Source of the DNA: Chrysomallon squamiferum
Lineage: Eukaryota; Animalia; Mollusca
NCBI GenBank assembly: GCA_012295275.1
Contig: CM022669.1
Coordinates: forward strand, 6,076,001 to 6,140,000
Reading direction: 5' to 3'
DNA length: 64,000 nt
Of the stretch, positions 29,249-45,594 are shown piece by piece. The notes under the pieces were generated by a model. The model did no database searches and was not told the origin of the DNA. It saw only the letters and a list, made by a program, of their open reading frames with translations. Position 1 is the first letter of the stretch. Every line of letters begins with the position of its first letter. The position numbers and the translations under genes are program-made.

Positions 29249-32048
29249 GCTCTCTCTCGCTCTTTCTGTCTGTCTGTCTATCTGTTTATTTTATATTATA
29301 ATTCACTGTTATATTTCATTTTACCACTTCCCGTTCATGCTCATTTTTTGCCAAATTTCAAATACAGAGGTTTCATACCAGTAATTTATTACGAGTGTCA
29401 GCGAACACTATTTTTGGAAATTATTAGACCCGCCTAACATTTTTCACCCGCTAAGTGAAAACACTGGCAAATTATTTACGTCATTTAGGAAGAGTTAGAA
29501 AAAAACCCCAGAGGATGAAAGCCATGTGTATCAGTGAAATAATTACCTTCGTTCGGAGCCTTAAAACAAGCCAACCTAACTTGGTTAATACGGCGAGATT
29601 CATTTTGTTGGAACAGTTGGTTAGCTCAAAGAACTGAGATTGTTAGGTAATGTGTTGGTATTTGGTTAACAGCAGATAGTGTGAAAATAAAAAGTTAATA
29701 ATAATCTTTAGACGCGCACACGTTATGTCCTACAGAGCAAACACACTGTCACGTTATGATGACCTATTCCACGAGGACCGCTCAAAAGAAGCTTAGCCTG
29801 TTTGTTTTGAAAATAAGTAAGTTAACTAGCAGTGTATTTACTATCACGTTTCCTCACCCGCCTTCATTTTCTGTTTTAGCTGGACGTTTAGCAAAGAACG
29901 GAAATTAAAAAAAGAAAGAAAGAAAGAAAGGAAGGAAGAGACCCAGTAATTTGACGTCCATTTTAAGAAAGAACTCCTCCGACGTCCGTTCTGTAACTGG
30001 CAGAAACGAGAGAGTTCGCGGTTGCGTGCGCTAAGTCGTTAATTAATTTAGTCCGTGCTAAAACAAAAATAAAACTTCACGCTCGGGAATAGCACTGTTA
30101 GGTTTGTTTGTTTCTTAAACAAACACACGAAGATTACGCTGTCATTGAAACAACAGCTGGGAAATACACTGCCCTGCATAAGCACGACTGAACCTAAAGG
30201 GACGTAAGCACGTGCCGGATAAATTAATGTAATTTACTACACGTGGATTGAGAATTTTAAATGAAATCTTTCACGTGTTAGTAACAAGTTTGAAATAGCT
30301 GACTGTTTACTAGGTATGTGTAACGAAAGGTACCCACGTCTGTAAACTCCAGAGGTTGAAATAACGTGCAAAGTGAACAGTTTATTTTATATTTGGACTG
30401 TGCACGCATAAATAGTCGTTTCCAGGCAATGAACACACAGTTAACATACTAGTAGTTGTGTGACGTTAGCGTTGTTTGAATCTTCACAAAACGCCAGCAA
30501 GTTTGAAGCAGATTCAAATAATAATTATACTCTAGTCATTCTTGAATCGGGAGATGCCAGTCAGGTGTAAGAATATGTCAGATCTTGGAGAGAAAGATCA
30601 GCCAGTGACATGTTATAGACAGTAGTTATAATACAGTAAGATTTTGCAGAATGAAAGTAAAATTTTTATGTTTTTTCTACAGATCGGTCCGGAGTAGCAA
30701 AATACGAATGAGTCGCTGAGCAACAGAGACAAGTATACAAATATAGATATGTGTGTCTGTCTGTCTATCTATCTATTTATCCATCCATCCATCCATCTAT
30801 ATATCTATCTATCTATCTTTCTATCTATCTATCTATCTGTCTGTCTGTCTGTCTATATATATGTGTTTATGTGTGTGTGAGTGTGAGAGCACATATTCGT
30901 ATATAGATACACAGAAGCACATACATAAAGATATACACACAAAATACACGTACATACACACATACAGACATTACTACACACACACCCATATACGTCAGAT
31001 ACAGACACACACACACATACAAATTAGCACAATGACTTATATGTACTGAGGTTATATTACAATTATAACCTAGACTATTTTGACAGACGCAAAAACTGCA
31101 TGTAAACAATCTCTTTAATGGCAACTTTTTTTTTTTTTTCTTCTTCGCTAGATAGTCCTACTATGTAGACCTAAATATAGGACAACTGTAATTAGAAAAT
31201 AAATATTTTTCGGTCGCTAACACTGTTTTTGCGAGTGACAAGTTAAGAAAAAAACGTATACAATTTTACGTATGACTTGCAATGGAAATTGAAAAGAACC
31301 CAAACATTGTCTCAAATTAAGTAAGTTGGTGCGGCTCTATTTAGGGTTGTTGTTATTGCGAGCTGTAAAGGACGGAATCAATTCCTGGAAGCCTTCGCGA
31401 ATCTCCTCCATTACTTGAACGAATAATGAGCCTGAGGACACTGTTTCTGAGGAAATTGAAAATCTAGTTTCAAACGTCACGACGTGTTTATGTGCGAAGA
31501 ATTTTGTTGCGAAATACTATCCACACTGTTTCAAATTATCGTAAATTTTTCGCGTTCTCTTATGTTTGATACTTAAGTGTTTTTGTTTTACAGTTTGGAT
31601 GATGTCTAAGTGTATCTGTATCTTTGTTTGTGTGTCGGTGTGTGTTTTGTGTATGTGTTTATGTATATGTGTTGACAGATGCAGAGACAGATATACAGAC
31701 ATTGATACTTAGACATTTATATATATATATATATATATATTAAATGTCACAGAAGAAATTCAGGTTATCTTTGCTATGTGTCATGATGCAGTTTTGTAGG
31801 TTACTAAACGACCAAGTTTGGTAATGGTATTTGTATGCCGTGTGAAGCATTTCCCTCATAATACAAAACAGCTTAACTGTAATATTAAACACATGGAAAG
31901 AAGGAGAAACAAAACCAAGTACAATTATAAGCACAACGATAATAAGCTAGGATTCCGTTTGAAACTGAATTCTTGCACATCGGTAAAGACATTTTGTTAT
32001 TATTAATACTAGATAGTCAACACATATATACATTCAAATGTATATATG

Positions 32049-32100
<52 letters not shown>

Positions 32101-32172
32101 GATATAGATACATACACAAATATATATATACATATACAAACAGGCAAACATACACTTGCACACACACACACG

Positions 32173-32222
<50 letters not shown>

Positions 32223-32764
32223 ACGATAAATCAAATCATAAAATATAAATAAAATCTAAATGCTTTAAGAATGGTTAATAATCGATAAAGACCAAACGTT
32301 AAAATGTTGTTTTTTTTTTTTTTTTTTTTAAATCTTTAAAAAAAAAACAGAACGATGTAAACGTTACGTTAGAAAGTTAATTTTTAAAAGCAGAAAAACG
32401 CGTTTTTCTATTTTAACGTTAATGGACAAAATCAATTTTACTTCATTAAAACTTTCTAATTGTGACGCTGTGCAAGTACGGATTACAAAAGCGTTTACAA
32501 CTCAGTTTCAGCTGATTTTAATTAGAGAAGTTGGAACGTGAACGGAGAACTGAGTTTATTAGTACGTTTTGAATAGTAAGCGTTTTGTTACTTTTTGTTA
32601 CGATATGTTGTATACGATAGAATTATTAGGAAAAACCCAGCTCCCCCACCCAAAAAAAAAAAGCCTTCCCAGGCATAATATTTAAAAATTAACTACCTTA
32701 AATGCATCTAAGCAAACGGACATATACGCTTACATGTACACATATATATATAAGTACAGGTACG

Positions 32765-32804
<40 letters not shown>

Positions 32805-34219
32805 CACACACATACATATATACACACACATACACTATCTGACCATATGTAACTTATGTGATCGATGGAGATTATAAGACAATATTAGTACAGCAAATAC
32901 ACTCATAAATCCACCCACCCACATCACACACACACGCACACACATATATATATATATCTCACAGACTATTTTGTTTAAGATGAACACTAAGAAACTCGAT
33001 ATACGGAGATTTACAAACAAAACGCTGACAAAACTGTGAACGCTCTTATGACGTACGCTATACAACGTACGCTCTGCAAATGTACTGGACAGTGGTTTTC
33101 GTTATTCCTACCAATGCATAACGATTCAAACCCCAAATGGGAGAACCATTATAACGGAAATATATTCTGTTTAAAGACATGAAGCTTCTTGAAACGTTAA
33201 AATGGCCACCGTGTTAGCCGACTGATAAAAGATACGTGAACCATCCCAAAGTGTTCAAGCAGATCACTCAACAACTGATAACTTCCAAGATAAAGTTTGA
33301 TGGCAAAAACACTTCAATGATGTTTCCAGCTTCCCAGCATGTGCAGACATAGAAAAAACAAAACAATCGCTAGGCTGTGTTTACAAAGGCTGGCGGATTA
33401 GACTCGCTTAATTCATTGGAAAAAATAATGTGTACATCTACCCGCAAGCTTTTCGAGTAAATTAAAGAACATAATTCAGCTGATTTTAGAAACGTCACCA
33501 GAAAAACCTTGATAATAAAAACCACGTGATTGTTTTTTTTTTTAAATTTCCTTTGCAGAATTACCTTTATTTGGGTAGAATCGAACTTGCTTGGAATGTT
33601 TTTGGATAAAGCAGTGATAATGATGTTCTGTGATGTCATATGTATATATATATATATATATATGCGTGTGTGTGTGTGTGTGCATGTTTATCTTCGTTAA
33701 CAAAATATCGTTGCCCAATTTCTTGTTTACCAATATATTGATCTGAAATCTATTTGTGGTATTTGTCACTTATTTTTCATCTGTCCACTTTATCAATTAT
33801 TGTCATTATTAGTGTATATTACAGTATTAAAAAAACACACATTTAGTCTCATATTTAGTAAGCTGCCATAAATCTTCGTTTGCCCAAGGCAATCTGTCTT
33901 CTTTGCACTTTGCCAGTCGGTATGGTGCGGAATCTTATAACAGGAATGAGAGGTTGAAAGATAAATGGTTTTCACTGATTAAAAGCAAAAAGTGTTTTTG
34001 CTGGAAAATCTGAAGCGTGTTACATATTAAATCTAAGACTTTGATCCTACTTCCATTCCAGTGTCTTCAAAGTATTATTAATGGCTAGCTTTTTTCTTTT
34101 CCAATATTTCAAAATAGTTTTAAAAAAATTAATTAAAATGCGTTTTTCGAACTTTATAATACATTTAAAAAAAGAATCATTAAAATTTGATTTTCATCAA
34201 TCTAAAAATTCCATTTAAA

Positions 34220-34283
<64 letters not shown>

Positions 34284-34284
34284 C

Positions 34285-34334
<50 letters not shown>

Positions 34335-34789
34335 ATATATATATATATTCATAATAATAATAATAACTTACAATATGCCTTTATAAAATTAAATTATTTT
34401 TGAAAATATCCTTACTTTTTTTTCCCTAATCTTTCAGAAACACATTATTTTAACAAACGTTTTCGCGATTTCATGGAATCATTTATAAACACAATTATTT
34501 CAAAAATGAGTCATTTAACAAATCTATTTTTCAATGCTCCGAACAATTCAGTCGTAATTTAAACACGTTAATTAGCCCCTGACTGACTTTGCAGAGTACC
34601 GAGTAACTGAAATGATCGTTAATTTTGTTGACGGAACACGACTTGCACGCCAATCGTGTGGGTCTTTCAACCACGACAGCTGATCCAAATGTCTTACAAA
34701 AACACGAATTTTTCCCGCACCCAGCAGCTGATTACATAAACCAGGAATAACACATTTTAGTCCTGTGTTAACAAAACGTCAACACCTGA

Positions 34790-35180
34790 CTTGAGTTCCT
34801 GGTGCTTACGTTTACAAATTCTTCGATTTATCACGTCTTAACAAGTGTCACGTATTTCACGTGAGTTCCTCATGTCGACGTTTTATTTAATACGTTCACA
34901 AACACTTCGTAATTTCGTATTTTAGTAAATGTGATTGTGTTTGGTGTGAGTTCCTGGTGTCGGCGTTTTCCAGAATACGTTTACAAATAATACGCTATTT
35001 TCACATATTTTAGTAGTGTGATGTTCTTGAGGCACGGTCCTGGTGTCGACGTTTACAAATGCTTCGTAGTTTCTGGAGTCAACGTTTCCTGTGAATACGT
35101 TTACAAATACAGAGTATTTTTATATTTTAATAAAACTGCGAATTTCTGGTGTCTGCATCTACGAGAAAACATTTATAACT
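34790..35180. repeat. Degenerate ~70-90-bp tandem repeat
   Basis: Recurrent GAGTTCCTGGTGTCGACGTTT...AATACGTTTACAAATA at about 34793, 34863, 34948, 35036, 35068 and 35140. Confidence 0.75.
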
Positions 35181-37210
35181 AGTTCATATTTTCATTTTGC
35201 AAGCATAGTGCTTTTCATATGAATTTGTCATGTCAATGTCTTCTGAAATTAGTTTACAAATATTCCATTATTCTTGTTTTAACACGATTCTATCCTCTTG
35301 AGAAAATTACTATTACTAATATTTTCCCGAATAACTTCACAAATGAATCACATTTTAATTTTAACAAAAATGATCCATTTAGAGTAATTATTTGGTTGCC
35401 AAACATCATCTAAATATTTTAACAAATACTACGTATTTTAATATTAATCTTTAACAAGCGCTGTGCATTTGGTTTCGTTGAAATGTTTAAAAGACTCTAC
35501 CAGCAAATATGTGTATATTATATATTCATTTCTTTTTTTAAAATCAATATATAAACATTTGACGTGAGTTTCTAAATAACTTTAAAATCTACTTATTTCA
35601 TCGAGTGTCAACGTAAATTGTGTTATTCTTGGGTTTTTCATGGTTTTTATGCATCGTTAGACGAACCAAGCATTTAGAGAGTGTGATGCGTGTCGTGATT
35701 TCCTGGTATCAAAGTATATTGTATTTTTTATTGTTCCCAGTGTCAGCATGTATAAGTTTACGGATATATTTATCTAATTTTAATCAGCTGACGCATTTAA
35801 TACCAATTTTTGGAGTCATCGTTTAACAGAAACTGTTCTTCTTTGACTGAACGAGAGAACCAGCAAATAAATCATAAACTTTTCACTATAGCAAAATACG
35901 TATGTAACGTATTTCTTATTTTAATAGAGCTTGAGACTTTTATCATAACTTCCAAGTTTAAACATTTCTCTGAACAAATGTTAGACATAGCAATCGTCCT
36001 TTTTTCTTTCTTTCTTTCTTTCTTTCTTTCAAATAGAACACTGGGGTTGTTTTTTGTTGTTGTTGTTTTCTTTTGCGATAATTTTTTGTGTCAACATTTA
36101 CTTCTACAAGCTAACAAATAAATTGTATTGCTTTTGCTTCATCAAACAAAAACTTGATTATTACAAAGCAATTCTGTTTTTTCTTCTTTTTTTTTTTCTA
36201 AATCGAGCGTGGTTTTTCTTTTGTGAATCTCTAGTGTCAACGTGTACATGAAGAGATCGACAAAAAAAACTCGAATTGCTTTTGCTTCATCCCAAAAATT
36301 TCAAGGAGTCTGAAAACATCCTGATACCTTGTGTTATCGCTTAAAACAGTTCCGCAGTCACTTATTATGCGTTGTCACCAGGACGTTTTTTCTCATATAT
36401 TAAATGTCTGACATTTTGATCAGCTTTGTACGTAATAAAACAGCCAGAGCATGCACAGCCTGTTATTAAAATTCGAACATTTTGTTTTTATTTCGTGAAG
36501 ATTATTAAACTGAATAGAAACTGGTCGATGTTACACTTCAGTGTCTATACTTCCTTTTTCTTTTCTTCTTTCAATCTTTTCCTTTTTTTTTCCCATTTAT
36601 TCATACTTTTGTTTCTCGCTTTCTTTCATTCAGTTATTCTTTTACTTACTTACTTACTTACTGCCACTGTTGTAAATGTTGATAATGATGCAAGTTAAAG
36701 GTCATACAAATTGTAATAACGTCCAGTACATTACACAAATAAAATTAAAGTTATCATGATGCAACGATATCACAAAAATAAAACTAACACATTTCTGTGT
36801 TACAAAAGATATCACAGATATTATTTAATATTCTTAAATTTACAAAAGTTATTATAAAATATTGCTAGCAGTAATCCGAGGATTAGAGTTTTCTGAACAG
36901 CATGATAACATTAAGAAGATTAGATTTAATTTTATAGCCAAATGTCAGCTTCTGAATATTTTTTCAATATCTGTTTAATGCGTTTTATTTTCATTTGTTT
37001 AATACGTTCATCTTTGTATTAATATTTCTTATCGCTATTTTGAAAATTGTTGTCTTTAAATCAAATTTACTAACGTCATAAATTTACAATTGCGCACATT
37101 AACTTTCAACAGGATTTTAAGATATTCGTAAATCAGAATATTCGTTAATTTTTTGTAACTCCAAAAACCACTCTACCTTAAAATACTTGTTTAAATTTGA
37201 TGTTAAAAAT

Positions 37211-37245
<35 letters not shown>

Positions 37246-37319
37246 AGAAACATTATGTAGAATGACACATGCGTCAGAACGTAAAATATTTATTCAGATC
37301 CGTCAAATTGTAACTTTTC

Positions 37320-37790
37320 CTATCATGTTTATAACGTATTTTGTGATGTCTTTATAGCATGTAATAAGTTTGTAACCGATTACAGTATGTTTAGGAGATG
37401 TTTATAAAATGTTTACAATATATTTGAATAGTTATTATTGAATGTTTGTAGCGTTCTTAATTTTTATCTTATTTGAATAGTTATTATTCATGTTCATAGA
37501 TGGTTCTTAATTTAATTTAAAACATGCTTATAACATTGTTTATTTCATGTTCATGGAGGGTTTGTAACACAAATAAAACTTGTTTATAAGGTGTTTTATT
37601 TGGCATGTTTGTAAAATAGTTATAACAGTTTATTTCATTTTTATAGTGTGTTTGTAACGTAATTATAACAGTTTATTTCATCTTTATAGCGTGTTTGTAA
37701 CGTAATTATAACATGTTCATAGCTGCTTGTAACGCGTCAGGTTTGTAGTGTTTAATATTTATGAGGTGTTTATAACTGTTTCAGTTTTTA
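37320..37790. repeat. Degenerate ATGTTTATAA-based tandem array with a recent 43-bp duplication
   Basis: TTATAACAGTTTATTTCATYTTTATAGYGTGTTTGTAACGTAA at 37620 and 37663, within many (A/G)TGTTT(A/G)TAA units. Confidence 0.7.
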
Positions 37791-39391
37791 CTTGACGTGG
37801 GTGTTTAAGTAGTAGAGAAATTTGTTTCCATCTTCTTCTTTTTTTTACTTTGTTTTTCTTTCTGCAGTTTTTTTTTTTTTATCCTCTTTTTAAAAGCTTT
37901 TTATTATCCTCTGCAATAACAGATATCATAATATGAATGTAAAAAAAAAAACAACAACAGAAAAACAACCCAATAATAATAAAAAATAAAAAGCGCCACC
38001 ATTTTCAATTGAGTTAATTTATATAATACATCGAATCTTGCAAACCACTGTACCTGATAGAAAAAAAGAAAAAAGAAAAAAATGGTTTCGTTTTGTTCTG
38101 ACGTCAGTACCGTACCGTTTTAAAAGAAACCTTTCATCGGCGACAAAACTAGTCAGTTTTATTATTTATTTATTCGTTACACTAGCTTGCAGAAAAAAAA
38201 AAAAAAAGCAAAATAAAGCACACACACACACATAAAAAAAAACCACAAAGAAAAAAACAATAAAAACAAAAACAAAAACAAAGAAAACACAGAGCACTAG
38301 AAAATAGACACTTTCAAAATCTACGTCACACAAATAAACCTTTTTTTAACATTAGTGTATCGACTTTATGTGCTATTTTCACTCTATGGGCTTTCTTGTT
38401 GGATATTGTAATTCTGCAATTTTATTTCCATTAGTTACAAAAACAAATCGTGTGTATTCAGACCTACACTTCCTGGATGGGCAGTATAAACGATACTTTA
38501 AAACAAAACCAACTATTTATTGCAAGAAAATATATTTGACATACTAGCCCATCCTTAATCCATAGCATGCCTCACCAGCACTTTACCTTGAGTCTACGTC
38601 TAGATGCTAGTACTGTCTGAGCACTGTCAAAACAAAATGATTTTAAAAAAAAAAGAAAAAAAAAGATCTGTTTATCTTAAAACGTGTTTATCTGGTCTGT
38701 ACAAGGTAGCCTTTTTCTCGTTCACAGTAATTTTGGGGCAGATAAAATAAAATAAAATAAAATAAAACAACAAACATCAACAGTAATAAAAATAACAACA
38801 ACAACAACGATAATTTTAATAATAATAATAATAATAATAATACCTCCTTTTTTGATACCGACGTATTTCTTGTAAGATTGTATATGATAATTCTGTTCTT
38901 CTTGAACTTGTCTCCTGTCTGTATCCACATAAATGTCCCTTCACATACGTATTTCACACATCTATTGGAAATATTACTTATTCGTTTATTTTGTAAGCTA
39001 CTTATTTGTTTACGGGTCATCTTTGTAAGGATCAAACATAAAGTAACTACGTTTTGACGCTTATAACTCGTAATTCAATACAGTGTTTATTGTTTGTTTT
39101 GCTGGCGTTTCATTTTGAATATCTCTAAATTTAATTTTATTTACTGAAAAAAAAAGTGGCATAGATGTATTGTGTGTTTTATTTATATTCTTTGACATTT
39201 GGAATAATTCTGAAAATCTAATTTCACAGTTATACTGATGTTGTTTGTACGACCTTAGAGCAATTTATCTTTCCTGTCATAATACGACATAGATGAAACA
39301 TTGTGTAAAAACTACTTCACATATATCATCAAAAAACGAGTAACTGGCTCTTGCTTAGTCTTTCTCCGATTCTTTCTCTCCGTCACATACC

Positions 39392-39538
<147 letters not shown>

Positions 39539-40127
39539 TTTTTATTTTTATTTCCGCATCTTCTGTCAGTTCTTTTTGTATTTCAATTTCTTTATGTAAC
39601 TACCAGGCTGGTGGTTTCGAATTTTTTGCAGAAAGAATACATTTAACGGCTATAACGGAATCACTTTCAATCACACTTTTCCCATTGACGTATAATAGAA
39701 ACTGTTTGTCATGAAAAATAGACAGTTAAGCGTAGATTACTAGTTAATTTGAAATTCATACCAGGAATATATACCTCAACAGCGATAAATCAAATCACGT
39801 TAACTTGTTTTATTTTGTTGTATTCTTCTTAATTGAATCGTTTTATATATATCGAGACAAAGAATTAATAATCTTTTTAAAAAAAAAATGAATAAATCAG
39901 GATATTTTCTGTTTTCTGTTTGATGTTCGTATATCTGAATGTGCATGATGAAACTGGATATATATATTTACATATATGCATAAATATAAATATACATATA
40001 TATATATATATATGGCGCAATGATCTGTGTTTTATTGATAGTGGTTTATTGTTGTTGTTGTGTTGTTTCTGCTGCTGCTGCTGTTCTTGTCATCAATTTC
40101 GTCTTCGTCATCATCATACCATCATCA

Positions 40128-40209
<82 letters not shown>

Positions 40210-40339
40210 GATTATTAATGCTATTGGTGAGGTTTTAATTCGTCAGTGTTAATAATACTTAACTCTGGCTAGGTGAACTGTATTATTATATACATGTTAT
40301 ATTCCTGTACAGATTTGTCACTTAAGATTTTTATAAATA

Positions 40340-40830
40340 CGATAAGGTGCGTTTTGAATCCATATGAGCGATTTTTCCGGATATAATCACGTAAATTTGT
40401 GATTTATCTTGATAAAATTGCATACTCTTTGTATCATTCAATTTATCTGGATATAATTACAAGTGCGTTCTGTATCTCTAAATGCAGTTTGTCTTGACAT
40501 AATCACGTACGTTTTGAATCCATATTTATGATATATACTGATATAATTACGTAGGTTTTGTATCAATATCTGCGATTTATCTTGATATAATTACTTACAT
40601 TCTGAGTACATATTTGAGATTTATCTTGATATAATTACGTAGGTTTTGTATAAATATCTGCAATTTATCTTGATATAATCACGTACGTTTTGAATCGATA
40701 TTTGCGAAAATAACGTACGTGATACGTCCGAATTTGAGATATACCTGCATATCATAACGTACTTTTTTGTCTCTGTTTGCAATTTATCTGGACGTGATGA
40801 CGTATACATGTATTTTCTGCGATTTGACTG
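40340..40830. repeat. Degenerate 44-bp tandem minisatellite (~11 units)
   Basis: Units such as GATTTATCTTGATATAATTACGTAGGTTTTGTATAAATATCTGC start at 40486, 40530, 40574, 40618 and 40662. Confidence 0.85.
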
Positions 40831-41942
40831 AACATGATCCATTAGCCTGATACCTTTCCAGAGACCAATCAAGATTTCGTGCATCTTTTAATATATATAT
40901 CCTTAACTATCATAGTTAATTTGATTACAGCTATTACCTTATTTAACACAAACAATACAGTGTCGAGTAGCATCTTCACTCGCTTAAAACAGTGATTCAA
41001 CTAACCAGAGAAAAACAAACACAGAATTACCGAGGCAGGCGATTCTCACGATTTCATAAATCAAACCAATACGACGGATAATGAAAGAAGTGTGTGTATT
41101 TACCGTGGTCCGCGCTGTCAAGTTTACTTACTTGAAACGTCTATTAACGATCACAAATCATAGTAGTGATTGATGTGTTTCTTAGCCACACCGTTATTAT
41201 CCGAGCTGTGCAAACCATTTTCTTTAATGTCTACACCCTACGGTTATTAGTGAGTAAAAAAAAAAAAAAAAAAAAAAAAACACGTTAAAATTGGGATCAG
41301 ATTAACAGAGCTATCTAAAGATGGTCTTATTAAGAAATACGTATTTCGTGGATAATGGGAACACAGAGACGTAAGCAAGACATGAAATTAAATTTATGGA
41401 TTTTTGAAGTGTGGTGTGAGATCACGACATGGGAGAAATATGCTGTTATTATTATTATTATTGTTGTTGTTGTTGTTGTTTTGTTGTCGTCGTTATTATT
41501 ATTATTATTATTAAACAATTATTCATGCATTATGTTTTTGTATTTATTTATTTATAAAAAAAAATTTAATTATTTTTATTATTATATATTTATTTAGTGT
41601 AAATGTATGTAAACCTTGTAAGCAGCTCGTGTTTCCATAATTGAGTTTCAGCTTAAGCAAACAACTCGATCTGATGAGGTCTGTTATTAAAATCAAAACA
41701 AATTTTTGTAATTACGTTTTTCTGTTTGTTGGCTTCATACATAACAAACAAAGTTTTTGTGCGAACCGGCCCGACAGATGAGAATTTATTAGATACGCTT
41801 TGTTATGTTTCCTTTAGGGGTTTTAAGGAAATTGCATTTTTTCTAATGCAGACAATGTTTAAGAAGCTTGACTGATGATCATGTCATATCCAATGTTCTT
41901 CCAGATCCTACACTGTGTTACTGCATGTCTGGAATTAATTAT

Positions 41943-42314
<372 letters not shown>

Positions 42315-43089
42315 AAAATCGATAAAGACAGTCGCAACACGTGAGTTAAGACTACAGCAATAAAATAGAAATATTAACGCTACTTTTTAAAGATCGAATC
42401 ATATCTCTGGAGGGAAATTATGAGAGAGACTCTGCTGGGTTTACGTCATCGCACGTCTGGATCAATCGTCATAACTACACATTTATTTATTTTTTTATTG
42501 TTTTTTAATTTTTATTTATTATTATTATTTTTTTATTATTATTGTAACGGCTAATACTAGTTATTTTATTCTGTTTAACTTAACACAATACACAGATGTC
42601 TTTACACAAAACACGTTCAAGAAGTTCTATTTTCAGTTTACGATAATCAAATTTCTTTCACAGCAGATTCTCAGACAATTTCAAGAAGTCTTAATAAAAA
42701 CATCTTAATAAGCAGACAAAGAAAACGTTTTCTGTCAGCTCTGGAACTGAAAGAGAAGATACCGACCCTGACATTAAACAGCGCAATTCGAACACACTTA
42801 TTCAGCGCAGTTTTAATGCACTTACTTCGAAACTTTTAAACTGCGCATGATTATTATTAACAAATGACGTTGTCAAGGCTCCCACCCATGACGTCATAGA
42901 CGTGAAATCAAATTGAAAGTAAAACTATCCTTACAAATTGCACCAATCGATTTTAAAGCGATGGAATTTTACGTTTCGTTAGATATTGATTTGATAAGTG
43001 ACTGCTTCTGTTTCCTGCTGAATTAACAAGAGTAATTGATTAGGTTCAAATATTTATATAAGATCCACGTTCAACACAGCAATGACGTG

Positions 43090-43192
<103 letters not shown>

Positions 43193-44803
43193 TTTTCGTT
43201 AAAAGTGAAAATATTGTTTATTTGTTTTACAAATAGATCTTAACTGGATTCGTAATAATCTCCTGTTAAAAATGTGTCACATTTCGAGCCTTTGAATATC
43301 TGTGAAGGCATCGAATTAAGTTTGTGTTACTGCATATCGTTTGTCATATGACGTGACATGTAATCTGTGATACTTTATCCAGTTGCATTTGTCTTATTTT
43401 GTAACACTTTATTTGTGAAACTTTATCACGTTAAAGCTGTTTGTCATTTTATGACTCAACATTTGTGTTACTTTACCACATTCTATTTTGTGACATAAAT
43501 TTGCGTCACATTATAGTATTAAATTGACTTATTCTGTTACATTTAATTTTGTGATTTATTTTTTGTCCTGTTGGTTCTTTTGCATTATCTAATTATATTT
43601 GTAGGCGTTGTTGTTGCTTTTTTGTGTGTGTGTGTGTATTTCTTTCTTTCTTTTTTACTTGTTTTTTGATTCTGTGACAAGAATATCGTAATATCAAAAC
43701 CTTTTTCTTATTTCGTCGCCTCAAATTTGGATTACATCAGCATCAGTTTTCATTATTTCATCGCATAATATCTGTTTTATTTCACGACAGTAAATTTCTC
43801 TTAGTTCAAACTTTTTAGCATATATTTCTTTTATCTGTATTAAATTAGTTCTTTCATGTGTTTTAATTGTATGACATAAAAAGATTCAATTGTATTTTTT
43901 CATCTTTTGAACATTACTTATTCTGTTAACATTCAATAAGCGTTATTTCTTGTCTTTAATTTTAGATCATTTTTACTGTTTTTATTTTCTTCGATTCGCA
44001 TTATTTAGTTTTAATTTTTCAACATATTAAAAAAAATGTTTTTTGTAAAGTTACTATGATGATAAAATGAAAACTGCTATACCGTGCAATGTGTCTTGTT
44101 GACAGCTGTGCTTTATCTTTTTTTTTTTTTTTTCTGAAGTATTTTAAATAGTGGAATGATCGTTTCCAGATAGAAAAGTCATTGTTCAGCTCTGTTGCTA
44201 GAAGTAGGTATTATATACCAGCGAAATCTTGTACCACAAATTTGCCTGCAAATTAACTGAAAGCTGATAAAAGAAAATATTTCGTTTGACAGATGAACAG
44301 TGTCAGCTAGATCGTTTTTAATTTCCTTTATTACCAATTTATCACGTTTCTCTTTCTTTCATTCTTTTTAAAAAAAATATTTTTATTGTTCCTTTCCTTC
44401 TTTTTTTTTTCTCAAAATTTCTTTCTTTCTATTTCTTCTCTCATTTCTATTATATTTTTTTAAAATGTTTTTTTTTTCTTTCTTTCTTTTGATAAAGCAC
44501 TAGAAAGACATTTCGAATTAAAAGTTGGGTTTCCTTTATTCCAGAACGTAATTTCAGATCATGTAGAGAGAGTAAGTGTCAGAATAGTAACGTAAAATAT
44601 AAAGAAATCATGATGCTTTAATTTGTCTAGTGTTCGTTTCAAAGCTCTCGATTTCTCTTCATAACTGTCTGTAAAGGTCGGTCACCGGGTGTTTTTTTTG
44701 TTTTTTTTTTCATTTTCTCTGTATTGTTCTTTCTGTCTCCGCCTCTTTCTTTCTCTCCGTCTCTTTCAGTTTCTGTCTGCCTCTCGTTCTCTGTGTCTGT
44801 GTG

Positions 44804-45153
<350 letters not shown>

Positions 45154-45594
45154 ATATAACTTTTCATTTTATTCTCTCATATCTTTCACCAGAATGAAAT
45201 GACTGCAATTCCACGACATTAGTCTCGTTCATTTCGTACGTCAGCAACTTGATATTACTTTTCACAATTTCTTCACGCAAGATAACTGCCCTTGGGAGGA
45301 CGCAGGAGAGTGAAACTGTGTATTAGTACTAGTTAGTGACCGCTACTTAGTCTTAGATAGGAGACGCGAAATCAACTTAGTCGTTCTAAATGTGTGGTAT
45401 TAAGCTAACTCATTTTGTAAATGTTCACGCAGAAAGGGAAAAAAAAAAAAAAAAGATTTTGCGATTACAGGAGAAACGGAAATGTTCTCGACTCATTTCA
45501 GCAAATTGTGACACTGTTTTTAAAATCTTTTCAAAATACCAGCAGTGCAGTTTTAATTAGAAAGAACTAGGGCAGTGCCTTGAGATTCATTTAT

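Noticed and set aside
40340-40830. Possible CRISPR-like array (also considered 34790-35180 and 50657-50731)
   Set aside because: Units are contiguous and degenerate with no unique spacers, there are no cas genes, and the context is eukaryotic.
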